Positions 39,460 through 49,889 of a stretch of DNA of 64,000 nucleotides are shown here, one piece after another. The position numbers were made by a program, and so were the translations under genes. Position 1 is the first letter of the stretch. Each line of letters begins with the position of its first letter. This DNA is from Methanomicrobia archaeon (lineage in GTDB: Archaea > Halobacteriota > Syntropharchaeia > Alkanophagales > Methanospirareceae), in contig JAFGHB010000005.1 of the NCBI GenBank assembly GCA_016930255.1, forward strand, positions 6,942 through 70,941, in the 5' to 3' direction. The notes beneath the pieces were generated by a model that had not been told where the DNA came from, searched no databases, and saw nothing but the letters and a program-made list of their open reading frames with translations.

Positions 39460-42183
39460 TTACGCAAAATCCAACTGAGCGTACAACTGCCTTGCCTTGA
39501 AGTTCTGTAACGAGATCGCGTCTGACGGACAATACGCAGCGCAACTGCCGCACCCGATGCAGCCCTCCACGGTAACGCGCGCAAACTTCTTCGTGCCGCT
39601 GGTCGTTGTCATTATGTTGTAGGTAACCGCAGCTACTGGCTCTTCCACCAATTCGATCGCTTCGACCGGGCACATCTCCACGCATACGCCGCAGCCGGCA
39701 CAGATAGCCTCATCCACGACGGAGACTATTCCCGGCGTCTCGAGGAAGTTCTTCGCTAAGAGCACACACGCCCTCGACGCTGCTGCGCTGCCCATGCCGA
39801 TACTCTCGTCGATCAGCGCGGGCGCAACTCCGGAGCCACAGATGAACACGCCTTCGTTCACCGTATCCACGGGCGTTAAGATCAGCTTTGGCCGCTCCTG
39901 CGCCTCCATGAAGAACCCGTTCTTCAGCGGTATCATGAACATCTTGCTCAATTGCCCGTTCTCTGCCGCAGGCTGCATTAATGGGCTGACCACGATCAAA
40001 TCGGGCTTTATCTGGATCTCATCGTTGAAGATCACATCGAAGACCGAGACGATTCCGTCCGCGAATGTCGGTTGACGCTCCGCATCGTATCTGATGAAGG
40101 TCACGCCCTTCTCTCTCGCCGCTTTGTATGCCATCTCCCATTTGCCGTACGTCTTGACGTCCTGGAAAAGCACGAACACGTTCAGCTCCGGCTTCAGTTC
40201 CTTTGCCTTTAACGCATTGCTCACCGCTTCGATGCTGTTGTACTTCGCGTTAACGCCATCGCCCGAAACGCCGTCTTGAATCATAACCACCGTGTTCGCA
40301 TCCACAGTAGTGCCTGCCAGCATCTTCGCGAAGTCGGTTTGCGTTACCACGTTGCCCGCCTGGCCGTAACCGAAGTAGCCCTCAGGTACAAACTCGCGCG
40401 CGCCGGTTGCAAGCACTGCTGCACCGAAATCAATATCTTCATCCGCGCCCCCTCCGGTTACCTTCGCTTTAAACGCGCCTACTCGGCCTCTAACGTCCTC
40501 GATCGCGGCACCCGTATACACCGTTATCCGCTCGTTGCCCTTTACCTTGCCAACCAAATCCGCTAAGACGTCTGCAGCTTTCACATCGCTCTGGAACTCG
40601 GTGGCCTCTGTCAAACTGCCGCCTAATTCCGCTTCCTTCTCCACCAGACAGACCTCGTAGCCTGCATTCGCGATGTCCAGCGCTGCAGTCATACCTGCCA
40701 CGCCGCCACCGACAACCAGCGCGTTCGGCGTCACCGGATACTGCTCAAGCGGTATCGGTTCGAGATATCGCGCACGCTCGACTGCCATGGTCAGCTGGCT
40801 CATCGCTACGACCGTCGCTTCCTCCTTATCGTGCACACACGCACATTGCTCCCGGAGGTTCACCATCTCGAGCAGATACGGATTCAAGCCCGCCTTCGCA
40901 CACGTGTCCCTGAAGATCTCTTCATACGCGCGCGGCGAGTAGCCTGCAACCACTATTCTGTTCAGGCCTTCGTCTATTATTCCACTCTCTACCGCGCCCA
41001 TGGTCTCTTTCATGGTGTTCGTCTCGGTATTCACCACGGCCACATCCCTCAAGCTGCCCACGTGCTCTGCGACCACAGGTATATCCATTGCACCCGTAAC
41101 CTCGCCTTCGCAACCGCAGATGAACACGCCGATCTTCGGCTCTTCGCCTACGTCCACGTATTTACGCTCTTCCTGCCCAGGGATCTCCTCCGTCCGTTCG
41201 GATAACTGCGCGGCCTTTGCTGCTGCTCCCGTTGATAGTATTACGCTTTCACGAACCTTCATCGGCGCAGTTGCCGTGCCTCCTGCGAATATACCCGGCA
41301 CACTCGTCTCCACCGGGCTCGTCATGCTCGTCGCTATAAAGCCATAAGGATCCAGGTTCACGCCGGTCACCTCAGCAAGCTTTGCCATCGTCTTCGACGG
41401 TAAGAGACCGACTGCGAGAACCACCATATCGAGATTTAACTGCTCGATCGTGCCGTTCGCTAAATCCTCGTACTTTACCGTGAGCGCCCCGCCCTCAGCC
41501 AGCACTTCCGGAACTCGTGACCTGATGTAATGCACACCGTATTTGTCCTTTAACTTCGCTACCAGCTCCTCATCCTTGCCGAATACGCGAACGTCCATGT
41601 AGAAGACGTACGCGTCAATGGTGGGATAGCGCTCTTTCAGCTCCCAAACCTCTTTCGCCGTGTAGCCACAGCATGCCGTCGAACAAATTTCATTCTCCTT
41701 ACATCGTGAGCCGATACACTTGATGAATCCGATCTTCTTCACCGGCTGGCCATCTGAAGGTCGCACCAGCGCGCCTGTCTCACTCACCGTACAGGCACGG
41801 AGCATCCCTTCAAACTCCAATGACGGGACCACGTCAGGATTATCAATTGCATAGCCCTTCGCGATGTCATCGTAAACGTCATAGCCCGGCGTCAGCACCA
41901 CGCTCTCCACGTTGAGTTCCTTCCCCCCTGACACATTCAGCTTGAAATCACCCGCTGAGCCCGACAAGCCTTCCAACTCGCTTGAGAGCATCAGTTCGAT
42001 GTTCGGATGGTTCTCTATCTTCACTATCCGCGGCGATATGCCGGTTTCACATTCCGCCAGCTCCGAGACCTTACCGCCGAGTCTGTCATTCTTCTCTATC
42101 AGATAGACTTTGTAACCAGCATCTGCAAGGTCAAGAGCCGCCGTGATACCGGCAACACCGCCTCCTATAACTGCTATTCCCAT
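39460..42183 (-). CDS. hdrA: HdrA-like flavoprotein with tandemly duplicated FAD-binding domain and C-terminal 2x[4Fe-4S]
   Basis: 907 aa; two Rossmann motifs (IAVIGGGVAGITAALDLA; ALVVGGGVAGMTAALDIA); HdrA Cys cluster; C-terminal CAGCGVCVEMCP / CIGCGSCAAYCP. Confidence 0.75.
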   Translation of the reverse strand: MGIAVIGGGVAGITAALDLADAGYKVYLIEKNDRLGGKVSELAECETGISPRIVKIENHPNIELMLSSELEGLSGSAGDFKLNVSGGKELNVESVVLTPGYDVYDDIAKGYAIDNPDVVPSLEFEGMLRACTVSETGALVRPSDGQPVKKIGFIKCIGSRCKENEICSTACCGYTAKEVWELKERYPTIDAYVFYMDVRVFGKDEELVAKLKDKYGVHYIRSRVPEVLAEGGALTVKYEDLANGTIEQLNLDMVVLAVGLLPSKTMAKLAEVTGVNLDPYGFIATSMTSPVETSVPGIFAGGTATAPMKVRESVILSTGAAAKAAQLSERTEEIPGQEERKYVDVGEEPKIGVFICGCEGEVTGAMDIPVVAEHVGSLRDVAVVNTETNTMKETMGAVESGIIDEGLNRIVVAGYSPRAYEEIFRDTCAKAGLNPYLLEMVNLREQCACVHDKEEATVVAMSQLTMAVERARYLEPIPLEQYPVTPNALVVGGGVAGMTAALDIANAGYEVCLVEKEAELGGSLTEATEFQSDVKAADVLADLVGKVKGNERITVYTGAAIEDVRGRVGAFKAKVTGGGADEDIDFGAAVLATGAREFVPEGYFGYGQAGNVVTQTDFAKMLAGTTVDANTVVMIQDGVSGDGVNAKYNSIEAVSNALKAKELKPELNVFVLFQDVKTYGKWEMAYKAAREKGVTFIRYDAERQPTFADGIVSVFDVIFNDEIQIKPDLIVVSPLMQPAAENGQLSKMFMIPLKNGFFMEAQERPKLILTPVDTVNEGVFICGSGVAPALIDESIGMGSAAASRACVLLAKNFLETPGIVSVVDEAICAGCGVCVEMCPVEAIELVEEPVAAVTYNIMTTTSGTKKFARVTVEGCIGCGSCAAYCPSDAISLQNFKARQLYAQLDFA

Positions 42184-42185
42184 TT

Positions 42186-43073
42186 TTACACCACCTTCTC
42201 CAGTAGTTTCTTCGTGTCTACGGCATTCTTCTGAAGCCCCAGCTTATTCGCGTCAATACCAAGCGCGAGCCCCAACAACTGCGTGATATACACCACCGGC
42301 ATTTCGAACTTAACGCCTAATGCTTTCTCCACATCTGGCTGCTTCGCATCCAGCATCATGCCGCACAGCGGACACGCAAGTGCTATACAGTCCGCACCGG
42401 CATCCTTCGCCGTCTGCAGGATCTTCCGCGCCATCTCGAATGCGAGATCACCTCGCGTCATCATCAGCGGCCCGCCACAGCATTTCGTCTTCATGGAGCT
42501 GAACGGAACGATCTCGCCTCCGATTAACTCGATCAACTGGTCCATCAAGACCGGATCGTCTGGATCGTCAAATGCCGTCTCCGGCGGCCTACCCAAATAA
42601 CAGCCATAATACGGTGCTACCTTGAGCTCCACCTTCTTCACTAACTTACTCTTTATCGCATCCATGCCGATATCGTTGACGAGGACTTCGATTACATGCT
42701 TCGGCGTTACCGTGCCGTTATACTCAAGCGAAGGATCGATCCCTTTTATTGCCGCACGTAACTCCTCGTCTTCCTTCAGTGCATTGTTCGTCCTCGCTAA
42801 ATTGTAATAGCAGATACTGCACGGCGTCATGATGTCCAAATTACCCCGCTCGGCAATGGCGAGATTCCGCGCATTTAACGCGTATACCAATCTCGGATCC
42901 TCCGCTTCCGCCGCGCCACAACAGTTCCAGTCTTCGACTTCTTCCAGCTTAACGCCCAGCTTCTCAAATACGGCTTCCGTTGACAGGTGCTGCTCCAGCG
43001 CCGTCGCCTCTGATGGACACCCCGGATAATATGCAATCTTCTCTATGCTCATTTCTCTTGCTCCTCTGCCCAC
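42186..43073 (-). CDS. hdrB: heterodisulfide reductase subunit B (CCG-domain)
   Basis: 295 aa; two CCG-type Cys-rich domains (CCGAAEAEDP..., CCGGPLMM...CPLCGMMLD). Confidence 0.8.
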   Translation of the reverse strand: MGRGAREMSIEKIAYYPGCPSEATALEQHLSTEAVFEKLGVKLEEVEDWNCCGAAEAEDPRLVYALNARNLAIAERGNLDIMTPCSICYYNLARTNNALKEDEELRAAIKGIDPSLEYNGTVTPKHVIEVLVNDIGMDAIKSKLVKKVELKVAPYYGCYLGRPPETAFDDPDDPVLMDQLIELIGGEIVPFSSMKTKCCGGPLMMTRGDLAFEMARKILQTAKDAGADCIALACPLCGMMLDAKQPDVEKALGVKFEMPVVYITQLLGLALGIDANKLGLQKNAVDTKKLLEKVV

Positions 43074-43675
43074 GCGAAGATCTTCTTCATCACCTCACGC
43101 TGCTTTATCTTCGATGGTAGCAATCCTTTCGTCACACCGTGACCACCGAGTGGCCCCATTTTACCTTTGAAGAACATGCGCATACCGAAATCCATGTAAT
43201 CCTTCATCATCGCTTTTTGCCCCGCAATGAACGAGCCTTCTCTCTTCGGGTAGTATTCCATCGCCAGACCGATATCATAAAGCCGCCCGTACTTCTCCAG
43301 GGTATGCAGGAACGCTATCTCAAAGAGTGGTCTCGGGCTCTCGATCTTTATCTCGCCTGCTGCCTCTGCCTTCTCTGCTAACCGCCGCATTACCGCGAGC
43401 ACATCGCCAACCACCACGTCTTGCGGGCATCGCGCCGTGCACGTCTGACAGATAGCACAGATCCACAAATCTGGATTGGACAACACTTCCTTCCGCATTC
43501 CCAACAGGCTCATCTGGATAAATTTACGTGGGTTGTAACTAGGAACGAGTTCGGTAAGTGGACAGCCGATAGTACACGTGCTGCACTGGTAACATGCGGT
43601 AAGGTGCTCCCCTCCCGGCTCCTTCAGGATCTCGTTTTTAAAGTCCGGGTCCAGTTCCCAGGTCTTTATTGGCAT
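43049..43675 (-). CDS. hdrC: heterodisulfide reductase subunit C (2x[4Fe-4S])
   Basis: 208 aa; CYQCSTCTIGCP and CAICQTCTARCP. Confidence 0.8.
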   Translation of the reverse strand: MPIKTWELDPDFKNEILKEPGGEHLTACYQCSTCTIGCPLTELVPSYNPRKFIQMSLLGMRKEVLSNPDLWICAICQTCTARCPQDVVVGDVLAVMRRLAEKAEAAGEIKIESPRPLFEIAFLHTLEKYGRLYDIGLAMEYYPKREGSFIAGQKAMMKDYMDFGMRMFFKGKMGPLGGHGVTKGLLPSKIKQREVMKKIFAWAEEQEK

Positions 43676-43676
43676 T

Positions 43677-44741
43677 TTATCTCAAACACTCTTCTAGCTC
43701 TTCATCCTCGTAGGTGGTGAACGGTAGAGGCTCCTTTACATCTTTACCCGGCACGTACTCGAAGATCTCCTGCACCTTCCTTGTAAGGACCGGATAGAAT
43801 CTCGTCAGTGGAATATCTTTCGGACATGCATCTTCGCACGCGCCACAGGCAACACAGGTCGTGCTGACGTGATACACCCTCGTGAGATGGTACATCAGCT
43901 GATTTGTTGGTACTGCGATCGCGCCACGCGCCTCTGCTAAGTTCAGCAAGTCGCCGCCCGTAGGGTTCCCTATCGGCTGATCAAAGAAGCATTCTTTACA
44001 ATAACACACCGGACACACGTCTCTGCAGTTTTTGCACACGATACAGTCACGGAGGAACTCTTCCAATGCCGCCTCGCTGTCGACCTTCGGCAGCGCATCT
44101 AAATTCGCTTTCGCTTCCGCTGCTATCTTCTGATTCTCCGCTGCCCTATCCAACTCCTTGTCTTCTAGCGTTAGACCCGCAGCCGTCAGAGCCGCATCAC
44201 CCTTCTCCGTCAGCCCTGCAACGACCACCTTCGAGCCGTTCGCCTGCGCGAGGGCTATATCACCAACGTCTGCAAGCCGGTTGTCACAGATAGCACAGGC
44301 ATCCCGTATCGAAATCCCCTTGCCTGCCAGGTCTTTTATCTTCGCACTGTCCACCTGATCGCCGATAGCCGCATAATTCGCTGCATAAACCTCATTCGCG
44401 TAGGCTCCCGCGCAATCCACGGTTATAAGAAGCACACTCTCCTCATCCAGTTGCTTGAGCTTGACCAATTCAATTGCTGCGCGTGTCTCGCAGGGTTTGG
44501 CTACAATACCCACTTTCTCATCGATCAGCCAGCCCTTAACGATGTTCGCGGCGTTTACACCGAACGACGGCGCGAAGATGACTGACTCGGGCGATGTGAT
44601 CTTATCCTTGTCCCTGACGAGCATGTAGGATACACCAGCCCCTACTCGACGCGGTATGACCAAGGCATCGACGACGTTGTTCTCCAGCAATCCCTTAAAA
44701 AACCCTTCTAAATCCCCATAACTGAGCTCTGTTCCTTTCAT
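43677..44741 (-). CDS. FrhB/FpoF-family F420-binding flavoprotein with C-terminal 2x[4Fe-4S]
   Basis: 354 aa; FrhB-like block VGIVAKPCETRAAIELVKL aligns with VGVVGTPCMVSGVRKLQ of FqoF in this window; C-terminal CIVCKNCRDVCP..C and CVACGACEDACP. Confidence 0.55.
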   Translation of the reverse strand: MKGTELSYGDLEGFFKGLLENNVVDALVIPRRVGAGVSYMLVRDKDKITSPESVIFAPSFGVNAANIVKGWLIDEKVGIVAKPCETRAAIELVKLKQLDEESVLLITVDCAGAYANEVYAANYAAIGDQVDSAKIKDLAGKGISIRDACAICDNRLADVGDIALAQANGSKVVVAGLTEKGDAALTAAGLTLEDKELDRAAENQKIAAEAKANLDALPKVDSEAALEEFLRDCIVCKNCRDVCPVCYCKECFFDQPIGNPTGGDLLNLAEARGAIAVPTNQLMYHLTRVYHVSTTCVACGACEDACPKDIPLTRFYPVLTRKVQEIFEYVPGKDVKEPLPFTTYEDEELEECLR

Positions 44742-45166
44742 AGTATCTCATCCTTCATGGGATTCGGTCCCACTTCTTTTATGTGCGCTGCCAGGTTCTT
44801 CATGGTATTCGCGAATTTGTCACCCTCCGACGCGCTGATCCAGTGTAATTGGACTCGGTTATCCAACCCCAACTGCTGCAGGATCGTCCTCATTGCGGCT
44901 ATTCTGCGTCTGGAATAAAAATTCCCCTTTATGTAGTGGCACTCCCCTGGATGGCAGCCCCCGATGAACACTCCGTCTGCACCATTCAATAACGCCTTGA
45001 GCACAAACATCGGATCTATCCGCGCCGTGCACATAAGCCTTATTATCCGGATATTTGGTGGGTATTTTTTCCGCGACGTCCCTGCCAAATCTGCACCCGC
45101 ATAAGTACACCAATTACAGGTAAATCCAACGATCTTTGGCTCAAAATCCTCCTTCTCTTCTCCCAT
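44738..45166 (-). CDS. mvhD: MvhD-like [2Fe-2S] electron-transfer protein
   Basis: 142 aa; GFTCNWCTYAGADLAG...GADGVFIGGCHPGECHY. Confidence 0.8.
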   Translation of the reverse strand: MGEEKEDFEPKIVGFTCNWCTYAGADLAGTSRKKYPPNIRIIRLMCTARIDPMFVLKALLNGADGVFIGGCHPGECHYIKGNFYSRRRIAAMRTILQQLGLDNRVQLHWISASEGDKFANTMKNLAAHIKEVGPNPMKDEIL

Positions 45167-45567
45167 TTTTTATCACCTAGGTCTATGCTTCCTTTCCTCG
45201 ATAACTTTTGGCTAATCTTCTATTAGGTATAACCTATATAAGTTTTTCGATATTTCTTAACGCACCACCTTCTTCGACGCTGGGCTACGGCACGTGTAAC
45301 TGTTTAATACGAGAAATCCACATAAGATACTGGGTATGGTGCGGTGAAAACGCTTGCTTTTGGTAGAAGAGAACTGAAGTTAGGAAACGGTAGAGCACGA
45401 TTCTACACGGCTCCGCAATTGACGACGCTGATGCTTGGTGCTGCTAGAGGAGGGGTAGCGGCGCGTACGAGTGGTTTGAACTCGCCTGATTGTCGTACGT
45501 ATCGACGACGGCCACAAGGTTACGATAACGGCTACGAACATAGAGAAGGAGGCAAGCTGAAGTAAAA

Positions 45568-47334
45568 ATGACGCTCTCACCGTTCAAGCCGCCGCAGCTG
45601 ATTCTACTCCACGCACCAACCGTGTATGATTTCCGCAAGTATCCGCTCATGTTCGGCCCGATCGCCGACGGCGTGCCCTCAACGCCCTTATTCGAGATGT
45701 ATCCAATCGGCTTCTTCTCTATCGTGGAGCATCTGAGCAGAAACGGGATTGGAGTGCGGATAGTCAATTTGGCAGTGCGAATGCTGAGTAGCGAGGATTT
45801 TGACGCGGAGAAGATGATACGAAAGCTCAAGCCCAAGGCTTTTGGCATCGATCTCCATTGGCTGCCTCATGCACAGGGGAGCCTTGAAGTCGCGAAGATC
45901 TGCAAGCAGTATCATCCCGAGATACCGGTCATCTTCGGCGGATATTCCGCGACCTACTTCCACGACGAGCTGATTCGCTATCCCGAAGTGGATTTTGTTA
46001 TACGAGGTGATTCCGCGGAAGAGCCGCTGCGACAACTCATGACCGCAATCGCTCAGCAGTCTTCCGCCACCACCTTCAGCGCTATCCCGAACCTGGTCTG
46101 GAAGGATAGCCGCGGTGAGGTACACGTAAACCCGTTTACACACGTTCCAAACGAAATTAACAAATTCGGGAATAATTACGTCGCGGTGTTCAAATTGGCA
46201 TTGAAATACCGCGATGTTAAAAGTCTGAGCCCCTGGAAAGGCTGGACTTCACACGAATGGCTCGACTATCCGATCACACCCGTGATCACCTGCCGTGGCT
46301 GCATCCATGATTGCACCTTCTGCGGCGGTTCTCGTACCGCGCTGGCGCTCTACTGCAATCGGAAGAGACCCGCGTTTCGCGACCCGCACTTAATCGCACA
46401 AGATATCATAAAGACTTCGAAATATACCCGGGCGCCCATATTCATCATCGGCGACCTCTTTCAACCAGGTAAAAAATACGCGTACGCCATCTTAGAAGAT
46501 CTGAAAAAAGCTGATCTCAAGAATCACCTCGTCTTCGAGTTGTTCAAACCCGCACCAAAGGATTATTTCGACCGTGTGGCGGAATCGGTGGAGCACTTCA
46601 ACTTCGAGATATCGCCCGACAGCCATGACGAGCGGGTACGAGCCGCGGAAGGGAAGTCGTACAAAAATGCGGAGGTCGAGAATAATCTGAAATGGGCCCT
46701 GGATGCGGGCTGCAACAAATTTGATCTCTTCTTCATGATCGGCCTCCCGCAACAGACCTGCAAATCCGCGATGGAGACGGTGGAGTGGTGCGGAGAGCTG
46801 ATGGAGAAATTCGGCACGCGCGTTGTCCCGTTCATTCTGCCTTATTCGCCCTTCATCGATCCCGGCTGCATTGCGTACGAGCAGTCAGAGAAGATGGGCT
46901 ATACGATCCTGCTCAAAACGCTCGAGGAGTATCGAACGGCGTTGCTATCGCCGAGCTGGAAATACGCCCTGAATTACGAGACAAACTGGATGACGCGGGA
47001 CGAAATCGTCGATTGCGCGTATCAGGCCGGGCTGCGAATGAACGAACTGAAGCGAAACTGCGGCTTGATCGACGAGCAGCTCTTCAAGAAGACAGAAACG
47101 CGGATAACGCTCGCTATCAACCTTACAACAGCCGTGGACGAGATCCTGGCGCTCAATGACGCGTCCGCCCGGCAAGAGCGATTGATGGATTTGAAACCCG
47201 AATTTGATACGCTCTTCAACTCGGTCATCAACGAGAAGGTGCAACTGGATTGGCCGGCTGCGAAGCGTGGTTTGAGGATTTTACCACTCTTAAAGTTAGC
47301 ACTACTCGATTCCTTAACAATGCGACGTGTATAA
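45568..47334 (+). CDS. B12-binding-domain radical SAM protein (class B)
   Basis: 588 aa; N-terminal cobalamin-binding Rossmann-like domain; radical-SAM CRGCIHDCTFC; divergent from the mvhD-hdr operon. Confidence 0.65.
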   Translation: MTLSPFKPPQLILLHAPTVYDFRKYPLMFGPIADGVPSTPLFEMYPIGFFSIVEHLSRNGIGVRIVNLAVRMLSSEDFDAEKMIRKLKPKAFGIDLHWLPHAQGSLEVAKICKQYHPEIPVIFGGYSATYFHDELIRYPEVDFVIRGDSAEEPLRQLMTAIAQQSSATTFSAIPNLVWKDSRGEVHVNPFTHVPNEINKFGNNYVAVFKLALKYRDVKSLSPWKGWTSHEWLDYPITPVITCRGCIHDCTFCGGSRTALALYCNRKRPAFRDPHLIAQDIIKTSKYTRAPIFIIGDLFQPGKKYAYAILEDLKKADLKNHLVFELFKPAPKDYFDRVAESVEHFNFEISPDSHDERVRAAEGKSYKNAEVENNLKWALDAGCNKFDLFFMIGLPQQTCKSAMETVEWCGELMEKFGTRVVPFILPYSPFIDPGCIAYEQSEKMGYTILLKTLEEYRTALLSPSWKYALNYETNWMTRDEIVDCAYQAGLRMNELKRNCGLIDEQLFKKTETRITLAINLTTAVDEILALNDASARQERLMDLKPEFDTLFNSVINEKVQLDWPAAKRGLRILPLLKLALLDSLTMRRV

Positions 47335-47342
47335 AGGCAGAT

Positions 47343-48086
47343 TTAAGCAGCGGGACGCGGAGCGGGACGATGAGGATCGAAAACACCCGCAATTTGGATC
47401 CCTATCTCGTAGAAGATAACGAGGGGGATCGCGACGATGAGCTGACTCACGACGTCGGGCGGCGTAAAGAACGCGGCAAGGACGAACATGATCACATAGA
47501 TGTATCGTCGGTATTCCTTCAGCGTCTCGAGCGGGACGAGTCCGACGCGAACAAGAACGATGAGAAGAAGCGGAACTTCAAACGCGACGCCCAGTACGAG
47601 CGTTATTATGATGACGAACGATATGAATTCGTATATCGAATACGTGGCGGTAACGCCACTCGCCGCTGACATAATGTGAAGATACGTGAGGACTATCGGC
47701 AGCATGAGAAAGTAGGAGTAGCTTATTCCCAAAACGAAGAGAGAGACGGCGGTGATCACCAATATAATGAAGTGCGACTTCTTCATTGGATTCTTTATGC
47801 CAAACCGCACCTTCAACATCTTGTAGACGTAGTGGAACACAAGCGGAATGACCAGTATGACGCCGATGACCAGCGCCATCTTCAATTTCAGCATGATCAC
47901 CTCCACGGGCGATATATAGATGAGCGTTGCACCTTTGGGGAGGAGATCTTGCTTCATTCGCTCTAATACGGGATCCAAGAATTGAAAAGAGATCATAAAC
48001 CCACCGAGAAAAACGACGGCAATGGGTATGAGCTTTTTCTTTATCGCTGCCGTTATATATCCTAACTCCTCACTGATACTCGCCAT
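47343..48086 (-). CDS. tatC: twin-arginine translocase subunit TatC
   Basis: 247 aa, 6 TM segments, TatC family. Confidence 0.8.
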   Translation of the reverse strand: MASISEELGYITAAIKKKLIPIAVVFLGGFMISFQFLDPVLERMKQDLLPKGATLIYISPVEVIMLKLKMALVIGVILVIPLVFHYVYKMLKVRFGIKNPMKKSHFIILVITAVSLFVLGISYSYFLMLPIVLTYLHIMSAASGVTATYSIYEFISFVIIITLVLGVAFEVPLLLIVLVRVGLVPLETLKEYRRYIYVIMFVLAAFFTPPDVVSQLIVAIPLVIFYEIGIQIAGVFDPHRPAPRPAA

Positions 48087-48106
48087 CGTCTCGTGCTCCT
48101 ATTACT

Positions 48107-48928
48107 ATGAATGGAGAAATGATAAAATACCAAGCTAAAACCGAAGCCCGGATGAAGACGAAAGAGAAACTGCGGATGACTGACGATGCGGCTCTCGAGT
48201 TAGATGGCCCAATAGGGGATAATGAGATACCGATATTCGAGCATCTCGAGGAACTACGAGAGAGGCTCATCGTCTTTTTGATCCCGTTCTGCATCGCTAC
48301 GATCGCAGCGTATCCGTTTTCAAACATCTTACTCCGCCGCATATTATTCCATAATCTCTTCCCCGAAGAAATGGCCATGTTTGTGTATAGCCCGATGGAG
48401 TGGATGAGCGTACGGCTCCTGTTCTCCTTCTTACTCGCCTTCTCTGTTACGATGCCCTTGCTCTTATTTGAGCTTTTCGCTTTTATGCGGCCGGGTCTCT
48501 ATCCGTCCGAACGGAAATTCTTCGTGATGGTTGCCATCCCCTCGCTCTGCTGTTACGCCGTCGGTGCTATCTTCGCCTATTACTTCGTCCTGCCACTCAT
48601 CTTCGGCTATCTCATCAACTACTCCGGCGATGTCGCACGGGTTGCGCTTTCTGCGAAGCGGATCTTCTCCATCATTCTGTACACCGCGGTGAGCTTCGGT
48701 CTGATCTTCCAGATCCCGTTCGTAATGACCCTGGCGGTGAAGCTGCAGATAGTCACGTATTCCTGGCTCAGGGACAAGCGAGTGATAATCTACGGGCTGA
48801 TAATCGGCATCGCGTTCTTTGTCATTGCGGACCCGACAGGAATCTCGATGATCATGGCATTGGTCTCGATAGCGCTTTTCGAGTTTGGATTGCTCCTCAC
48901 ACGCTATATCGGACGCAGACACAAGTAA
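48107..48928 (+). CDS. tatC: twin-arginine translocase subunit TatC (second copy)
   Basis: 273 aa; HLEELRERL..F N-terminal motif; 6 TM segments; divergent from the first tatC. Confidence 0.8.
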   Translation: MNGEMIKYQAKTEARMKTKEKLRMTDDAALELDGPIGDNEIPIFEHLEELRERLIVFLIPFCIATIAAYPFSNILLRRILFHNLFPEEMAMFVYSPMEWMSVRLLFSFLLAFSVTMPLLLFELFAFMRPGLYPSERKFFVMVAIPSLCCYAVGAIFAYYFVLPLIFGYLINYSGDVARVALSAKRIFSIILYTAVSFGLIFQIPFVMTLAVKLQIVTYSWLRDKRVIIYGLIIGIAFFVIADPTGISMIMALVSIALFEFGLLLTRYIGRRHK

Positions 48929-49126
48929 AAAAGTATATCACCATGCTCTGAACTCACTCTTTGATTGCTTGATTGCATCGGAAATTACAAAATAATCAAA
49001 ATAGAGGAGTGCCAGAGTGAAGTGATTATCACCCTCCAGAAAGACCAGAGCAAAACGTTTCGATGCTTTTTATATATATATGCTCGCCCTATTTTAATAG
49101 TATAATAGAAGAAGTCAAATTGTGAG

Positions 49127-49474
49127 GTGCAAAAAGCCATGATAGGTCCAACTGAGATGATGGTAATTGCAGTAGTGGCGATTGTTTTGCTATTCGGAGC
49201 AGCGAAGGTGCCGCAGCTTGCCAGGTCGTTTGGGCAGGCGATGGGAGAGTTCAAAAAAGCGAAGAAAGAATCCGAATTGAGCCTCAAGAGTTTCGAAGAC
49301 TCCGTAGTGGGCGATGAAAAAGAGAGAGCGGAAACGGCATCACCAGCGGCGAAGAAGGGCGAAGAGGTCAATATAAGAGAAGTAGCCGCTTATATGGGTA
49401 TCGATACCGAAGGGAAGTCTGACGAGGAACTCAAAGAGGAAGTTCAAGCGAAGATGAAGTCCTCTTCCAAGTAA
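49127..49474 (+). CDS. tatA: TatA/E-family translocase subunit
   Basis: 115 aa; N-terminal TM + amphipathic helix (MIGPTEMMVIAVVAIVLLFGAAKVPQLARSFGQAMGEFKK); acidic C-tail. Confidence 0.75.
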   Translation: MQKAMIGPTEMMVIAVVAIVLLFGAAKVPQLARSFGQAMGEFKKAKKESELSLKSFEDSVVGDEKERAETASPAAKKGEEVNIREVAAYMGIDTEGKSDEELKEEVQAKMKSSSK

Positions 49475-49889
49475 AGTAAGTACGACCACCAGTTTATCCG
49501 TGCCCGTCCCCGTAACGAGGACCGCGAAGTTTAACACCGTGCATGCTCCGGGTAACCTGAGTTACTTGGCTTCATGTACTTTTTTCATTGGGCTTAGTGG
49601 CACCGAGGTTCATTCATCCAACCCAACCAACCCCTTCTCTTCACTCCAAGTTGGAGCTGATTAGCGTGTGTATCAGTGTAGACTATCGCGATAATTTTGA
49701 ATGCGAGGAAAACGAACGCGTTTTTGAGTGCCCGTTATATTACCTTTATACTTACAGTCTCCACAGACTACACCAGTAAAACAAGGTTTGGCACTACTCT
49801 TGACTCGTTAAACGACGGCAAAAAAGGGGGTTTTAAACACCTCGTTACGTTGACTTCGAGTTGTATAGCAGGAATAGAAGAGAGATCGA

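Noticed and set aside
45344-45565. 73-aa ORF in the mvhD / radical-SAM divergent intergenic region
   Set aside because: Arg/Gly-rich low-complexity translation, no RBS, and located where promoters for both divergent operons must reside. Treated as non-coding control DNA.
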